The notes beneath the pieces were generated by a model. The model searched no databases. It saw only the letters and a list, made by a program, of their open reading frames with translations, and was not told where the DNA came from. Below, one piece after another: positions 1 through 11,402 of a DNA stretch of 24,222 bases (position 1 is the stretch's first letter; each line of letters starts with the position of its first letter). The stretch comes from Octopus sinensis (lineage: Eukaryota). Where the stretch lies: contig NW_021836417.1 of NCBI RefSeq assembly GCF_006345805.1, forward strand, positions 1 through 24,222, in the 5' to 3' direction. Made by a program: the position numbers and the translations under genes.

Positions 1-152
1 CATTTGACTGTGGCCATGCTGGAGTACCACATTTAGTCGAGTAAATCGACCCCAGGACTTATTCTTTGTAAGCCTAGTACTTATTCTATCGGTCTCTTTT
101 GCCGAACCGCTAAGTTATGGAGACGTAACACACAATCATCGGTTGTCAAGCG

Positions 153-199
<47 letters not shown>

Positions 200-365
200 A
201 TATATACATACATACGACGGGCTTTTTTCGGTTTCCGTCTACCAAATCCACTCACAAGGCTTTGGTCGGCCCGAGGCTATAGTAAAAGACACTTGCCCGT
301 GGGACTGGACCCGGAACCATGTGGTTGGTAAGCAAGCTACTTACCAGACAGCCACTCCTGCGCCT
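1..365 (-). mobile_element. tRNA-derived SINE, family A (3' end runs off window start), with internal (CA)n tract
   Basis: Minus strand begins AGGCGCAGGAGTGGCTGTCTGGTAAG...GGTTCCGGGTCCAGTCCC (A-box and B-box-like). Colinear with a second copy at 15965-16365. Confidence 0.85.
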
Positions 366-1049
366 GTATGTATATAGTAATGCAGCCATTATTATTGTAA
401 GGCCTAGCTAACAGCATATTTCAAAAGTAATGAACGCGTTTTACGGCCGTGTGTAGTAGTTTTCATTTCAAGGTTACTAACAACTTCCAAGGTATTTAAC
501 CTGAATTCCACAGTGGTGTCCAAGTTCATTAAAGCGTAGCAATTATGTCTCAGTTACAATCTGTGAATCTACATAGGGATGTGGTGTTCTCTCGAAAACG
601 TTTTGCAAGTTACAAGTAACCGTTGAAATGTAAATTTTGTATGCATTTAAATTTCGTAAAGGATTGCACTAGGTTTCCCTGTTTTTAATCTGCCGCCACC
701 CTGACAGTGTTTTTGTTTCTATAAATTTTACATCTCTACTTTCTATATATCTATCTGCGTGTATCTGTGTTTATATGTGTGTATATATGCGTGTGTCTGA
801 GTGCGAGTGTGTATAAATGTATATAGATATGTATGCATGTATGTATGTATATATGCACGAAAAGATGGATAGATAGATGCAAACGAGAAAATAACTTCAA
901 TGATGAATATATGAATATATTCCCATCCAAAATTGAAATGAGTGAAAACGTTCCCATGTGGTACGCTTGTAAATTGTAAAAAGATCTGTCATTGCATGAA
1001 ACCAATGGTAGCCTTCTTAATACACAAATAAAGCATATATATATATATA

Positions 1050-1859
1050 CTAGCTGATGACGTACACGGTAATTCCAGGGGAAGCGAGGCTTATCCCTTG
1101 GTTCCGTTCTCATAATTGTTTCGCTAATCCAATAACAACACTACAAAGTATGTAGCCCTTAAAACAGATTTTGTGTATTTACAGAGAATACCGAACTGTC
1201 TAACACAGGATCTTATTTTTAGGAATTCCCAACAAGTCATGAATACCCAAATAGTGAAGTCATTTTTGTAATGACACGAAACTAGTTACCCGATAGAAAT
1301 AATTCAAATAAAGTAGCCTCGAAAAGAGCTTTAATGCGTTCCCAGAGTATATAGAATATAGGAGGAAGTACTAATAAGGTATGTATTCTAATAACAGGGT
1401 AATCAGATACGAGATAATAACAATTCAAAGTAAATAGCTCTGAAAAGAGCTTTTGTGCATTCCCAGAGATTATTACCATCAGGACCGCTAATACTGGTAT
1501 ATTCGTGAATAAGTCACTAACCGAAATAAGTGGATCTATTGTTTAGGAAAAACAGTTAAAATACCAAGAAATATGCATACTCAATTTCATTTTACCAAAT
1601 AATTTAGGAAAATGAATGAGTTACTTCCCTGGGCTATATGTAAGGATCCCTTCAAGGGGTAAATGTATTATTTCCCTTGGTTTTTAAAATAAAATATATG
1701 AGATATATAATGATCCCATCCAGGGGACCTATTATCGATTTTTTTCGAGCAATCTATGTATGCCATGAGGTTTCCAGACACGAGTTCTACTCACGTGTCA
1801 AGTTTCATCAAAATCGATAAAACGACTCCACAGACTGAATTTCCCATATATGTAGTAGA
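1050..1859 (-). mobile_element. Possible non-autonomous Helitron-like element
   Basis: Minus strand 5' A|TCTACTACATATATGGG...CGATTTTGATGAAACTTG at 1859 and 3' CTAG|T at 1050. A degenerate short palindrome lies about 11 nt before the CTAG. Whether the two ends belong to one element is unproven. Confidence 0.4.
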
Positions 1860-1863
1860 TAAT

Positions 1864-1955
1864 CTTTATAGGTAAAATTATACAAATATTCTATAATTAT
1901 AAACATAATTATATATTTATAATTATAGAATGTTTGTATAATTTTACCTATAAAG
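1864..1955. repeat. Near-perfect 40-bp inverted repeat (hairpin), 12-nt loop
   Basis: CTTTATAGGTAAAATTATACAAATATTCTATAATTATAAA (1864-1903) versus 1916-1955: one mismatch, which is a G-U wobble on the + strand. Confidence 0.95.
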
Positions 1956-1980
1956 GTTATTTTAACATACCGATCTACTT

Positions 1981-2037
1981 GGTAAAATTACTAATTAATT
2001 GATTGATTGATTAATTAATTGATTAATTAATTTTACC
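1981..2037. repeat. Second palindromic element with the same GGTAAAATTA...TAATTTTACC termini
   Basis: 1981-1990 is the reverse complement of 2028-2037, and the interior is (TAAT/TGAT)n. Confidence 0.8.
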
Positions 2038-2059
2038 CTTTTATTATAATAGTTATTAT

Positions 2060-2385
2060 TATATATATATATATAGATATATATAATATATATATATTAT
2101 ATATATATATAAGTTTTTTGGGGTTAATGGGCATATGTGATTAGTGTGTGAATGGTTGATAGAGTACTGGCACAGTTTGGGCTATCTGGTGTCATCCACA
2201 GTCGGGGTATACTTCCGTTGGATCTACTTCAGGAATTTCGCAGTGTTAGTTGAGATAATAATAAGAATTATTATCATCATCATCATTATTATATATATAA
2301 ATATATACACACATACACATTCATAAATACATAGATATATATACATATATGCACATATACATGTATACATCCATATATATATAAT

Positions 2386-2419
<34 letters not shown>

Positions 2420-2555
2420 ATTATATATATATATATATACATACATACATACACATATATATACTATATACATACATTATCAATCAAAGTTTCATAACAA
2501 TGCACGAAACTCTAGGCCCTTAGGTGACTCTATCATTTCTACCGACGTATGTCTT

Positions 2556-2612
<57 letters not shown>

Positions 2613-2765
2613 TTGTCTGTCTGTCTGTCTATCTGGTTGTCTGACTGTATGTATGTCTCTCTTTATCTCTGTATATACATACATGCATACATACATATAT
2701 ACATACATACATGTATATATATATATATAAATATCTGCATATCTGCATGTATATATGTCTGTCTG
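2060..2765. repeat. Mosaic of (TA)n, (CATA)n, (TATC)n and (TGTC)n microsatellites with short unique interruptions
   Basis: Directly visible, e.g. (TATC)n at about 2557-2611. Confidence 0.9.
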
Positions 2766-2924
2766 TTTGTCTAACTGTAATCAACCAGTCTGCGTCAGTC
2801 AGCCAAGTCACACAAATAACAATATATCACATCTGACACTTTACAACTATTGCATTTTTCTTCATGCACCACTTAATTTAAAGCATTTTTTACTCGTTGC
2901 TCCATCCGGAACTACTTCCATACA

Positions 2925-3620
2925 AAGTCATTCTCTCTCTTTCTCATCTATCTCATTGTCTGTCTCTTTGTATAAGTACGTGTGTGAGTGTGCATGAATG
3001 CGTATGTACACACACACTCATACACACACACACACATACTCACACACACATGCAACAACTTTTAAACAATCATCTATAAATGCACACGCTCGCATTTATG
3101 TAATTTGCGTATTCGCATGTGTGCAAATATATGTCTACGTTGTGTGTTTCTACATGTATGTGTCTGTGCGCGCGTGTGTGTGTGAGAGAGAGAAAGGCAC
3201 AGAGAGAGAGAGAGAGAGAGACAGTTTATGTGTATTTGTGTGTGTATGTGTGTGTTTGTATGCGCCCGTACTTCGAATATATACATATATATATATATAT
3301 GTTGTGTATGTGTGGGTGCGTGCGCGAGCGTCTGTGTGTGTGTGTGTGTGTTTTGAGTTTTACGTGTTTTGTATGTGTATGTGTGTTTATGTGTGTGATT
3401 TTGACAGGCAGACGTTCTCCACAATATCTCTTTTCTTTTCCCGCGTCTCTGCCTTTTCTTATTTCTTTTTCTCTTTCTACTTTTCTCCCCCTCTCACCAC
3501 CTTTCCTTATTTCTTTCTCTTTTTCTCTTTCTCTTCTCTGTCTTTATGTCTCCTCCTCTGTCTCTGTCTGTCTGTCTCTCTCTCTCTTATACTCTTTCTC
3601 TTTCACCTCTCAAACGTGTT
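2925..3620. repeat. Low-complexity (CA)n/(TG)n/(GA)n/(CT)n region
   Basis: Directly visible dinucleotide runs and a pyrimidine-rich tract. Confidence 0.9.
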
Positions 3621-3668
3621 CTCCATTTTTCACTTTTCCTTTATTTGTCTCTTACTTCTTCCAGTACG

Positions 3669-3946
3669 ACCATGACCACCACCACGATAATCACCACCAC
3701 TTCCAACATATACACCACCACCACCACCACCACCACCACCACCACAACTACCACAACTGCCACCACCACCACCACCACCACCACCACCACCACCACCACC
3801 ACCACCACCACTACCACCACCACCACTACAACTACCACAACTGCCACCACCACCACCACCACCATTACCACCACCAACACCACCACCACCATCATCATCA
3901 TCTACAACAACATCATTACCGTCACCATCACCACCGCAATCACCAT
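3669..3946. repeat. (CAC)n/(CAT)n trinucleotide microsatellite
   Basis: Directly visible. The interruption CAACTACCACAACTGC recurs at 3745 and 3829. Confidence 0.95.
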
Positions 3947-4384
3947 TTCAATATAAAGAGAAAAAAGAAATAGTTGGGATAATGTGATAAAAGTTAAATG
4001 AAGGGGAAAACATGAAGAGAATGTATGCTCAACCCCCGAATAGAAGAATAGCAGTGTTGTGGAATATTGAATTACTGGAATAATGGAATAGCGAAATGAC
4101 GGGATATCGTTTGTCTAATAGTTATGTTTAGCCAGTTTGTATTGAGAAGCTTTGTAGTTGTGTACTTGTGTGTGTATTGTGTGTGTGTGTGTTTGTGTGT
4201 GTGCGTGCGTGCGTTGCGTGCGTGTGTACTGGTTCTTGTATATGTGTTTTTATGATCGTACGTTGTGTGAGCTTGTGGTGGTGGTGGTGGAGCAGTTATG
4301 TATAAAAACAGATAGATGCAAATATCTATGTTTGTCCGTCTATGTTTGCTTCGTTCCATCTCGCAAAATTCAAATATAGTAACA

Positions 4385-4673
4385 TGTATATACATGCATG
4401 CACATACATACATACATACATACATACATACATACATACATACATACATACATACATACATGAATACATACATACATACATACATACATGAATACATACA
4501 TACATACGTATATACATACGTATATACATACATACATACATACATACATACGTATATACATACATACATACATACATACATACGTATATACATACATACA
4601 TACACACATTTATACATACATACATACATACATACATACATACATACATACATACATACATACATACATACAT
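4385..4673. repeat. (CATA)n tetranucleotide microsatellite
   Basis: Directly visible, about 290 bp with recurring CGTATA and CATGAA variants. Confidence 0.95.
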
Positions 4674-6080
4674 GTATGCATTCTTCTCTTTAATTTAGAG
4701 TTAAATTTAACTGGCCGCCTGCTTGGTAAGAAATAAGGTTGTGCCGGAAAGCATTTGCTTTGTTCATTCTTTACATCTTAAAAAGATTTTGCAGATTTTT
4801 ATTTTCCCAAATGTCGTGATCATTTGTAGCGTATGGACTATGAGGTTGCATTCTCTACCCAAGAACACAAATTCTCGCCTTGCTTCGCTCCAGGTGGATT
4901 GGTACATATCCTATTGCACCAAAAATGATTGGTATAAAGCTAAAAGTGAATATTTTAGGCTACGAGATTTTGTATCATTCGCATAGAAGTGTGTGTATGT
5001 GTTTGTACATATGCGTTTGTGCGTGTGTGTTTGTGCCTGTGTTTGTGTGTGCGTGTGTGTGTGAGTGTGCTTGTGTTGTTAAAAGTGTGAAGGCGTACGT
5101 TTCACTTTCACAGAAAGAAGAGTACGGGAGATATTACTGAATCTTGGAGTGCATCAGAGTTTATTAAAATAGAATTTGGATGAAGTTTCACGTTCCTACT
5201 CTCCAATGATGCGCCTTGATATGAAGTTTCCTACCTGAAGAAAGAGAGGCAGTTGTAGAGCCTTAGGGAGCAAAATAACTAGGAGGTTTACATGTCAAGT
5301 ATGGTCAAAGGATTTCCTGATATCCGGTTCCCAAAGTATTCCTTTCACTAAGTTCCCAAGGTCGATGACTCATTGATAGATGATACAAATCCTTGCTTTT
5401 TTACAGACATTTATTTTCACGGGCATTGTTGATATTGAAACTTTATTTATTGGAATCATGATTAATGGTAATGATTATGGTTCCAACAGAGGCGTAGCCA
5501 GGTTCTAAAGTTAGAGGGAGAGAGCACATAAGAAAAAAGGCGCCATGACACATACCAAACAATTCTAAACTCATTTTTCTTATAATTGTATTCTACATTC
5601 AGTAATCTGATTCTTCAGTAACAATGTCTTTCATTAAATATGTAACTTAACAGCTACTTAACAGATATCGATGTAACATGAAAAAGATGAAACTCTACGG
5701 CACCGTCCAGTGTTGAGAGGTTATGGACGTCAGGGTTTGTTCTGGTTCTTCGGGTGTCAGCGGTCAGCAACAGATCACGGGAAACTGAGCTGACAATTAA
5801 AAAAAACAAAACAAGAAGTTGGTCAAATAAAGTAATGATTCTAGAAATTCCTTCCAAGGCCATGCGATTAACAACACAAAAATATGAGGTTCAACTTCTA
5901 TCGCACAAGTGAACTACAGAGTTTAACAAAATGGTTGAAAAGGTGGCAATTTTGAAAAGTGAGCTCAGTGGGGGAGAGGTTGCTTCCCTTGCTCCCGTTT
6001 TAGTTACGTCATTGGGTTCCAACGGAGCATAAATTTGTGAATACAAACCCCAATACAGGCAATATAAATTACTGTTTAAA

Positions 6081-6312
6081 AGCGGCGATCTGGCAGAAAC
6101 GTTAGCACGCCGGGCGAAATGCATAGCCGTATTTCGTCTGCTGTTACGTTCTGAGTTCAAATTCCGCCGAGGTCGACTTTGCCTTTCATCCTTTCGGGGT
6201 CGATAAATTAAGTACCTGTTGCGCACTGGGGTCGATGTAATCGACTTAATCCGTTTGTTTGTCCTTGTTTGTCACCTATATGTTTAGCCCCTTGTGGGCA
6301 ATAAAGAAATAA
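6081..6312 (+). mobile_element. tRNA-derived SINE, family B, first unit of a tandem dimer
   Basis: Head GCGGCGATCTGGCAGAAACGTTAGC...GAGTTCAAATTCC, body CTTTCATCCTTTCGGGGTCGATAAA...AGTACC, A-rich end. Matches the minus-strand copies at 16852 and 21592. Confidence 0.9.
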
Positions 6313-6526
6313 GAAACGTTAGCATGCCGGGCGAAATGCTTAGCGGTATTTCGTCTCTCTCTACGTCATGAGTTCAAATTCCGTCGAGGTTGACTCTGCA
6401 TTTCATCCTTTCAGGGTCGATTAAATAAGTACCAGTTACGCACTGGGGTCGATGTAATCGACTTAATCCCTTTGTCCTTGTTTGTCCCCTCTATGTTTAG
6501 CCCCCTGCGGGCAGTAAGGAAATAAA
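6313..6526 (+). mobile_element. SINE family B, second unit, lacking about 14 nt of the head
   Basis: Restarts at GAAACGTTAGC directly after the AAAGAAATAA tail of the first unit and is colinear with it. Confidence 0.9.
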
Positions 6527-6554
6527 TATGAATTTACATAAAACTGGATGCTGT

Positions 6555-6857
6555 TCTTGTTGCTCTTGTTATTGTTTATGTTCCACCCACCGAGTGAACA
6601 TGGTTGAACAAATTTGAGATCAAAGGTGTTCCATCAGTGACCATCTCGTCGTTTTTGCAGCATCCAAGCTTACATTCTCCATTTTTTTTCCTTTTGTTTT
6701 TGAAGATAGTAGAATGTGATTTGAGGCTCTAGCGGTTATCAACTCGAAAAAGGTGAGAAATCAATATCACTTTGGTGAGAGTTGAACTCAGAACGAAGAA
6801 ACCGAAACGAATGACCAATAGTTATTCTGATATTGTAACGACTCTGCCACCTCATTG

Positions 6858-6860
<3 letters not shown>
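6555..6860 (-). mobile_element. Old, diverged SINE with a family-B-like head and (CAA)n-like tail
   Basis: Reverse complement starts AGGCAATGAGGTGGCAGAGTCGTTAC...CGTTCTGAGTTCAACTC and ends in a degenerate CAA repeat. Confidence 0.5.
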
Positions 6861-6923
<63 letters not shown>

Positions 6924-7204
6924 CACGCATTCACACACACACACGCATTCGCACACACACACACACATTCATAGTGTACTCTTCCGTTATTGGAGAACAC
7001 AGCAAAAATGCACTCCAGCCAGTGTGAGATAAATATCATTTAATATACCCACCATTTAAACGCGACCTGTTCGACCATTATTTTATCAGAAGGATGAAAC
7101 TAATAGAGTCCCACATTAAAACCCTGTGTGTGAATGAATACACACACACACCTATATAAATACATACATACATACATATATATATATGTATATATATATA
7201 TATA

Positions 7205-7499
7205 TGTAAAAGTTAAAAAAATATATACAAACTGGGACAAGAACGTGAAACACCTAGAAGACGACACAAGAAACACAGGTCGGGACATTCGAAGCCCTCA
7301 ATCATCAGTCAAGAACCGGATTATCTTCGCAATTTCGGCTGATTAATCTTGAGATTGCTCCGATCTAGGCAGCCCCCAAGGGAAATCTAAGCCAAGCGCA
7401 TTAGATCCCTTGGAAGAAAGCCTCGAATGTATACAACACAAGGACGGGAAACGGACGATGTACACGAATAAAAATACAAAAATACGTAAAAACAATAAA
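7205..7499 (-). mobile_element. (TA)n-flanked interspersed repeat (family F), possibly a Penelope-like terminal remnant
   Basis: Homologous to 23342-23636 (+): shared GCTTTCTTCCAAGGNATCTAATGC and GGAGCAATCTCAAGA.TAATCAGCCGAAATTGC.AAGATAATC. Both copies run into (TA)n. The class assignment is inference. Confidence 0.65.
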
Positions 7500-7832
7500 T
7501 ATATATATACAGTGATATATATATATATATACATATATATATATCACTGACACTATAGCCAAAGACTGAGCTTTCGTGTTAGGCCCAAGAAATATTTAAA
7601 CCCTAACTAGTTACTAATCCGTTACAAAGGCCTACAGACTATTGCACACATTTCATGCATCTGTGTCGGTCCTTCTGGCATACATCCAAAGCTTCCGTAT
7701 ACCACATCTAAAAGAGGGCTCCCTTCATTGGCAAAGATCCACTCGCCAAAACACCACATGCTCTTTCACTACAAATGAACTGCTTCACTTCTTTGTTGTC
7801 TGTGTTACTGCACAACGACCTCCTGATGAATT

Positions 7833-7915
7833 TATATATATATATATATATATTATATACCACATATACAAAACACGCACCACACACACACACACATATA
7901 TACATATGCATAAAC

Positions 7916-7946
<31 letters not shown>

Positions 7947-7951
7947 AAAAC

Positions 7952-8016
<65 letters not shown>

Positions 8017-8021
8017 GCAAG

Positions 8022-8058
<37 letters not shown>

Positions 8059-8130
8059 AGTATATAAAAATATATTATAATGTGTATGACTGTACGAAAG
8101 TATCAATATATATAATGTATATATAAGTAT
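7833..8130. repeat. (TA)n-rich microsatellite block
   Basis: Directly visible. Confidence 0.9.
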
Positions 8131-8299
8131 TCACGTACAAAGGTGTCTATATAAGCGTGTGTGTGTGTGTGTACATTATTGATTTCTGCTTGTCAGACTT
8201 AATTAGAAAAAATGTTTTACAGACACTATTAATAAAAGTTAAAGGGAAGGGATAACAAAATAGGAATTTTGGAATAAGTTTCTATAAAGCTAGCGTTTG

Positions 8300-8389
8300 A
8301 ACTTCAAAAGCTATGAGGGTCCACCAGAATAATATAGTAATTAAAAGGCTCCATAGATAAAATTAAAAAAAACTGGTTGAGAACCCCTG
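8300..8389 (+). mobile_element. Possible right end of an hAT-type non-autonomous DNA transposon
   Basis: Ends in GGTTGAGAACCCCTG (reverse complement CAGGGGTTCTCAACC), resembling hAT/Charlie-type TIRs. No matching left TIR found. Confidence 0.35.
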
Positions 8390-8643
8390 ATCTGAATGAT
8401 ACAAGTTTATTGGTGCTGCACGGCGCAAAGTACCAATAAACTAGTCCGAGGCAGGTGAGAATTAGAAGTTTCTGCTCATAAATTTGAGCGGATTATAAGA
8501 GATTTCGGACCGTCAGTGCATGAAAAGATGGTGTTGTGCATGTACGCGGAATTTATAGGATACAAAACAAGAGTGTTTGCGATGTTGTTGTTGTGGTGTC
8601 TATATGGTAAAACCTGAGTAGTAGTAGTAGTAGTAGTAGTAGG

Positions 8644-8857
8644 GTGGAGGCGCAATGGCCCAATGGTTAGGGCAGCGGACTCGCGGTCGTAGGATCGCGG
8701 TTTCGATTCCCAGACCGGGCGTTGTGAGTGTTTTTTGAGCGAAAACACCTAAAGCTCAACGATGCTCCGGCAGGGGATGATGGTGTCCCTGCTGTAGTCT
8801 TTCACCACAACTTTCTCTCACTCTTACTTCCTGTTTCTGTTGTACCTGTATTTCAAA
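8644..8857 (+). mobile_element. tRNA-derived SINE, family C, 5' portion, running into the minisatellite
   Basis: A-box TGGCCCAATGG and B-box-like GGTTTCGATTCCC. About 180 nt colinear with 12673-12852. Confidence 0.85.
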
Positions 8858-11283
8858 GGAGTGTCGACAAAGATCAAAGATGGTGCCGAAAAAGATCAAA
8901 GAGGGTGCCGAAAGAGATCAAAGAGGAGTGCCGAGAAAGATCAAAGATGGTGCCGAAAAAGTTCAAAGAGGGTGTCGAAAGAGATCAAAGAGGAGTGCCG
9001 ACAAAGATCAAAGATGGTGCCGAAAAAGATCAAAGAGGTTGCCGACAAAGATCAAAGAGGGTGCCCAAAAAGATCAAAGAGGGTGCCGAAAGAGATCAAA
9101 GATGAGGTTCGACAAAGATCAAAGAGGCTGCCGAAAAAGATCAAAGAGGAGTGCCGACAAAGATCAAAGAGGAGTGCCGAAAGAGATCAAAGAGGAGGTT
9201 CGACAAAGATCAAAGATGGTGCCGAAAAAGATGAAAGAGGAGTGTCGACAAAGATCAAAGAGGGTGCCGAAAAAGATCAAAGAGGGTGCCGAAAAAGATC
9301 AAAGAGGGTGCCGAAAAAGATCAAAGAGGGTGCCCACATAGATCAAGAGGGTGCCGACAAAGATCAAAGAGGGTGCCGAAAAAGATCAAAGAGGAGTGCC
9401 GACAAAGATCAAAGAGGAGTGTCGACAAAGATCAAAGAGGGTGCCGAAAAAGATCAAAGAGGGTGCCGAAAAAAATCAAAGAGGGTGCCGAAAAAGATCA
9501 AAGAGGGTGCCGAAAAAGATCAAAGAGGGTGCCGAAAAAGATCAAAGAGGGTGCCGAAAAAGATCAAAGAAGAGTGCCGACAAAGATCAAAGAGGAGTGT
9601 CTACAAAGATCAAAGAGGGTGCCGAAAAAGATCAAAGAGGAGTGCCGACAAAGATCAAAGAGGAGTGTCTACAAAGATCAAAGAGGGTGCCGAAAAAGAT
9701 CAAAGAGGGTGCCGAAAAAGATCAAACAGGAGTGCCGATAAAGATCAAAGAGGGTGCCGAAAAAGATCAAAGAGGGTGCCGAAAAAGATCAAAGATGGTG
9801 CCGGAGAAGATCAAAGAGGGGCCCGAAAAGATCAAAGAGGAATGCCGACAAAGATCAAAGAAGGTGCCGAAAAAGATCAAAGAGGGTGCCGAAAAAGATC
9901 AAAGAGGAGTGCCGACAAAGATCAAAGAGGGTGCCGAAAAAGACCAAAGAGGGTGCCGAAAAAGATCAAAGAGGAGTTCCGACAAAGATCAAGAGGGTGC
10001 CGAAAGAGATCAAAGAGGAGGTTCGACAAAGATCAAAGAGGGTGCCGAAAAAGATCATAGCGGAGTGCCGACAAAGATCAAAGATGGTGCCGAAAAAGAT
10101 CAAAGAGGGTGCCGAAAAAGATCAAAGAGGGTGCCGAAAAAGATCAAAGAGGAGTGTCGACAAAGATCAAAGAGGATGCCGAAAGAGATCAAAGAGGAGT
10201 GACGGCAAAGATCAAAGAGGGTGTCGAAAAAGATCAAAGAGGAGTGCCGACAAAGATCAAAGAGGGTGCCGAAAGAGATTAAAGAGGAGTGCCGACAAAG
10301 ATCAAAGAGGGTGCCGAAAGAGATCAAAGAGGAGTGCCGACAAAGATCAAAGATGGTGCCGAAAACGATCAAAGAGGGTGCCGAAAAGATCAAAGAGGGT
10401 GCCGACAAAGATCAAAGATGAGTGCCGACAAAGATCAAAGAGGGTGCCGAAAGAGATCAAAGAGGAGTGCCGACAAAGATCAAAGAGGGTGCCGAAAAAG
10501 ATCAAAGAGGGTGCCGACAATGATCAAAGAGGAGTGCAGACAAAGATCAAAGAGGGTGCCGAAAAAGATCAAAGAGGAGTGTCGGCAAAGATCAAAGAGG
10601 GTGCCGACAAAGATTAAAGAGGGTGCCGAAAGAGATCAAAGAGGAGTGCCGACAAAGATCAAAGAGGGTGCCGAAAAAGATCAAAGAGGGTGCCGACAAA
10701 GATCAAATAGGATGCCGAAAAAGATCAAAGAGTAGTGCCGACAAAGATCAAAGAGGGTGCCGAAAGAGATCAAAGAGGAGTGTCGATAAAGATCAAAGAG
10801 GTGCCGAAAAAGATCAAAGAGGGTGTCGAAAAAGATCAAAGAGGGTGCCGACAAAGATCAAAGAGGGTGCCGACAAAGATCAAAGAGGGTGCCGAAAGAG
10901 ATCAAAGAGGAGTGCCGACAAAGATCAAAGAGGAGTGTCTACAAAGATCAAAGAGGGTGCCGAAAAAGATCAAAGAGGGTGCCGAAAAAGATCAAACAGG
11001 AGTGCCGATAAAGATCAAAGAGGGTGCCGAAAAAGATCAAGAGGGTGCCGAAAAAGATCAAAGATGGTGCCGGAGAAGATCAAAGAGGGGCCCGAAAAGA
11101 TCAAAGAGGAATGCCGACAAAGATTAAAGAAGGTGCCGAAAAAGATCAAAGAGGGTGCCGAAAAGATCAAAGAGAGTGCCGACAAAGATCAAAGAGGGTG
11201 CCGAAAAAGACCAAAGAGGGTGCCGAAAAAGATCAAAGAGGAGTTCCGACAAAGATCAAGAGGGTGCCGAAAGAGATCAAAGA
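8858..11283 (+). repeat. Minisatellite of mixed 22-bp (GGGTGCCGAAAAAGATCAAAGA) and 23-bp (GGAGTGCCGACAAAGATCAAAGA) units, roughly 108 units
   Basis: Directly visible over 2426 bp. The unit count is estimated as length divided by mean unit size. Strongly purine-rich on the + strand. Confidence 0.97.
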
Positions 11284-11402
11284 GGAAACGGAAGTCCCAG
11301 AATTCCGTTGGTGGATAACATCAAGAATTGGACGGATTTAAAATAAATTGAATGTATGAGGGGCAGGACGGCATTTAAACTGCAGAGAATGCTGACGACA
11401 CT
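11284..11402 (+). mobile_element. Degenerate RTE-like LINE 3' end
   Basis: Translates with a frameshift and stop as SPRI-(RW)-DNIKNWTDLK*IECMR, resembling the RTE ORF C-terminal RGRP..RW.D.IK.WT motif. Followed by a (GAT)n tail. Confidence 0.45.

Noticed and set aside
660-715. CTGCCGCCACCCTG resembling an hAT terminus, and CAGAGGCGTAGCCAGG at about 5488 resembling a MITE end
   Set aside because: Single ends with no partner TIR or TSD.
3119-3973. Poly-His/poly-Thr ORFs
   Set aside because: Translation of (TG)n, (CT)n and (CAC)n microsatellites, with no evidence of coding function.
5654-5795. Possible minus-strand terminal exon after a pyrimidine tract and CAG
   Set aside because: Short frame with no recognisable product and no nearby polyadenylation signal.
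7270-7310. CTGATGA...GAAT on the minus strand (CTGAAGA...GAAT at 23509 in the sister copy)
   Set aside because: GAAA is replaced by GAAT, and there is no convincing stem I or II in either copy.
8858-11283. CRISPR-like array
   Set aside because: Units are contiguous with no unique spacers, no cas genes are present, and the context is eukaryotic.
8840-11341. Long Lys/Arg-rich ORFs (up to 406 aa) in all three + frames
   Set aside because: They arise because the 22/23-bp unit lacks stop codons. Frames shift from unit to unit and the same peptides recur in every frame.
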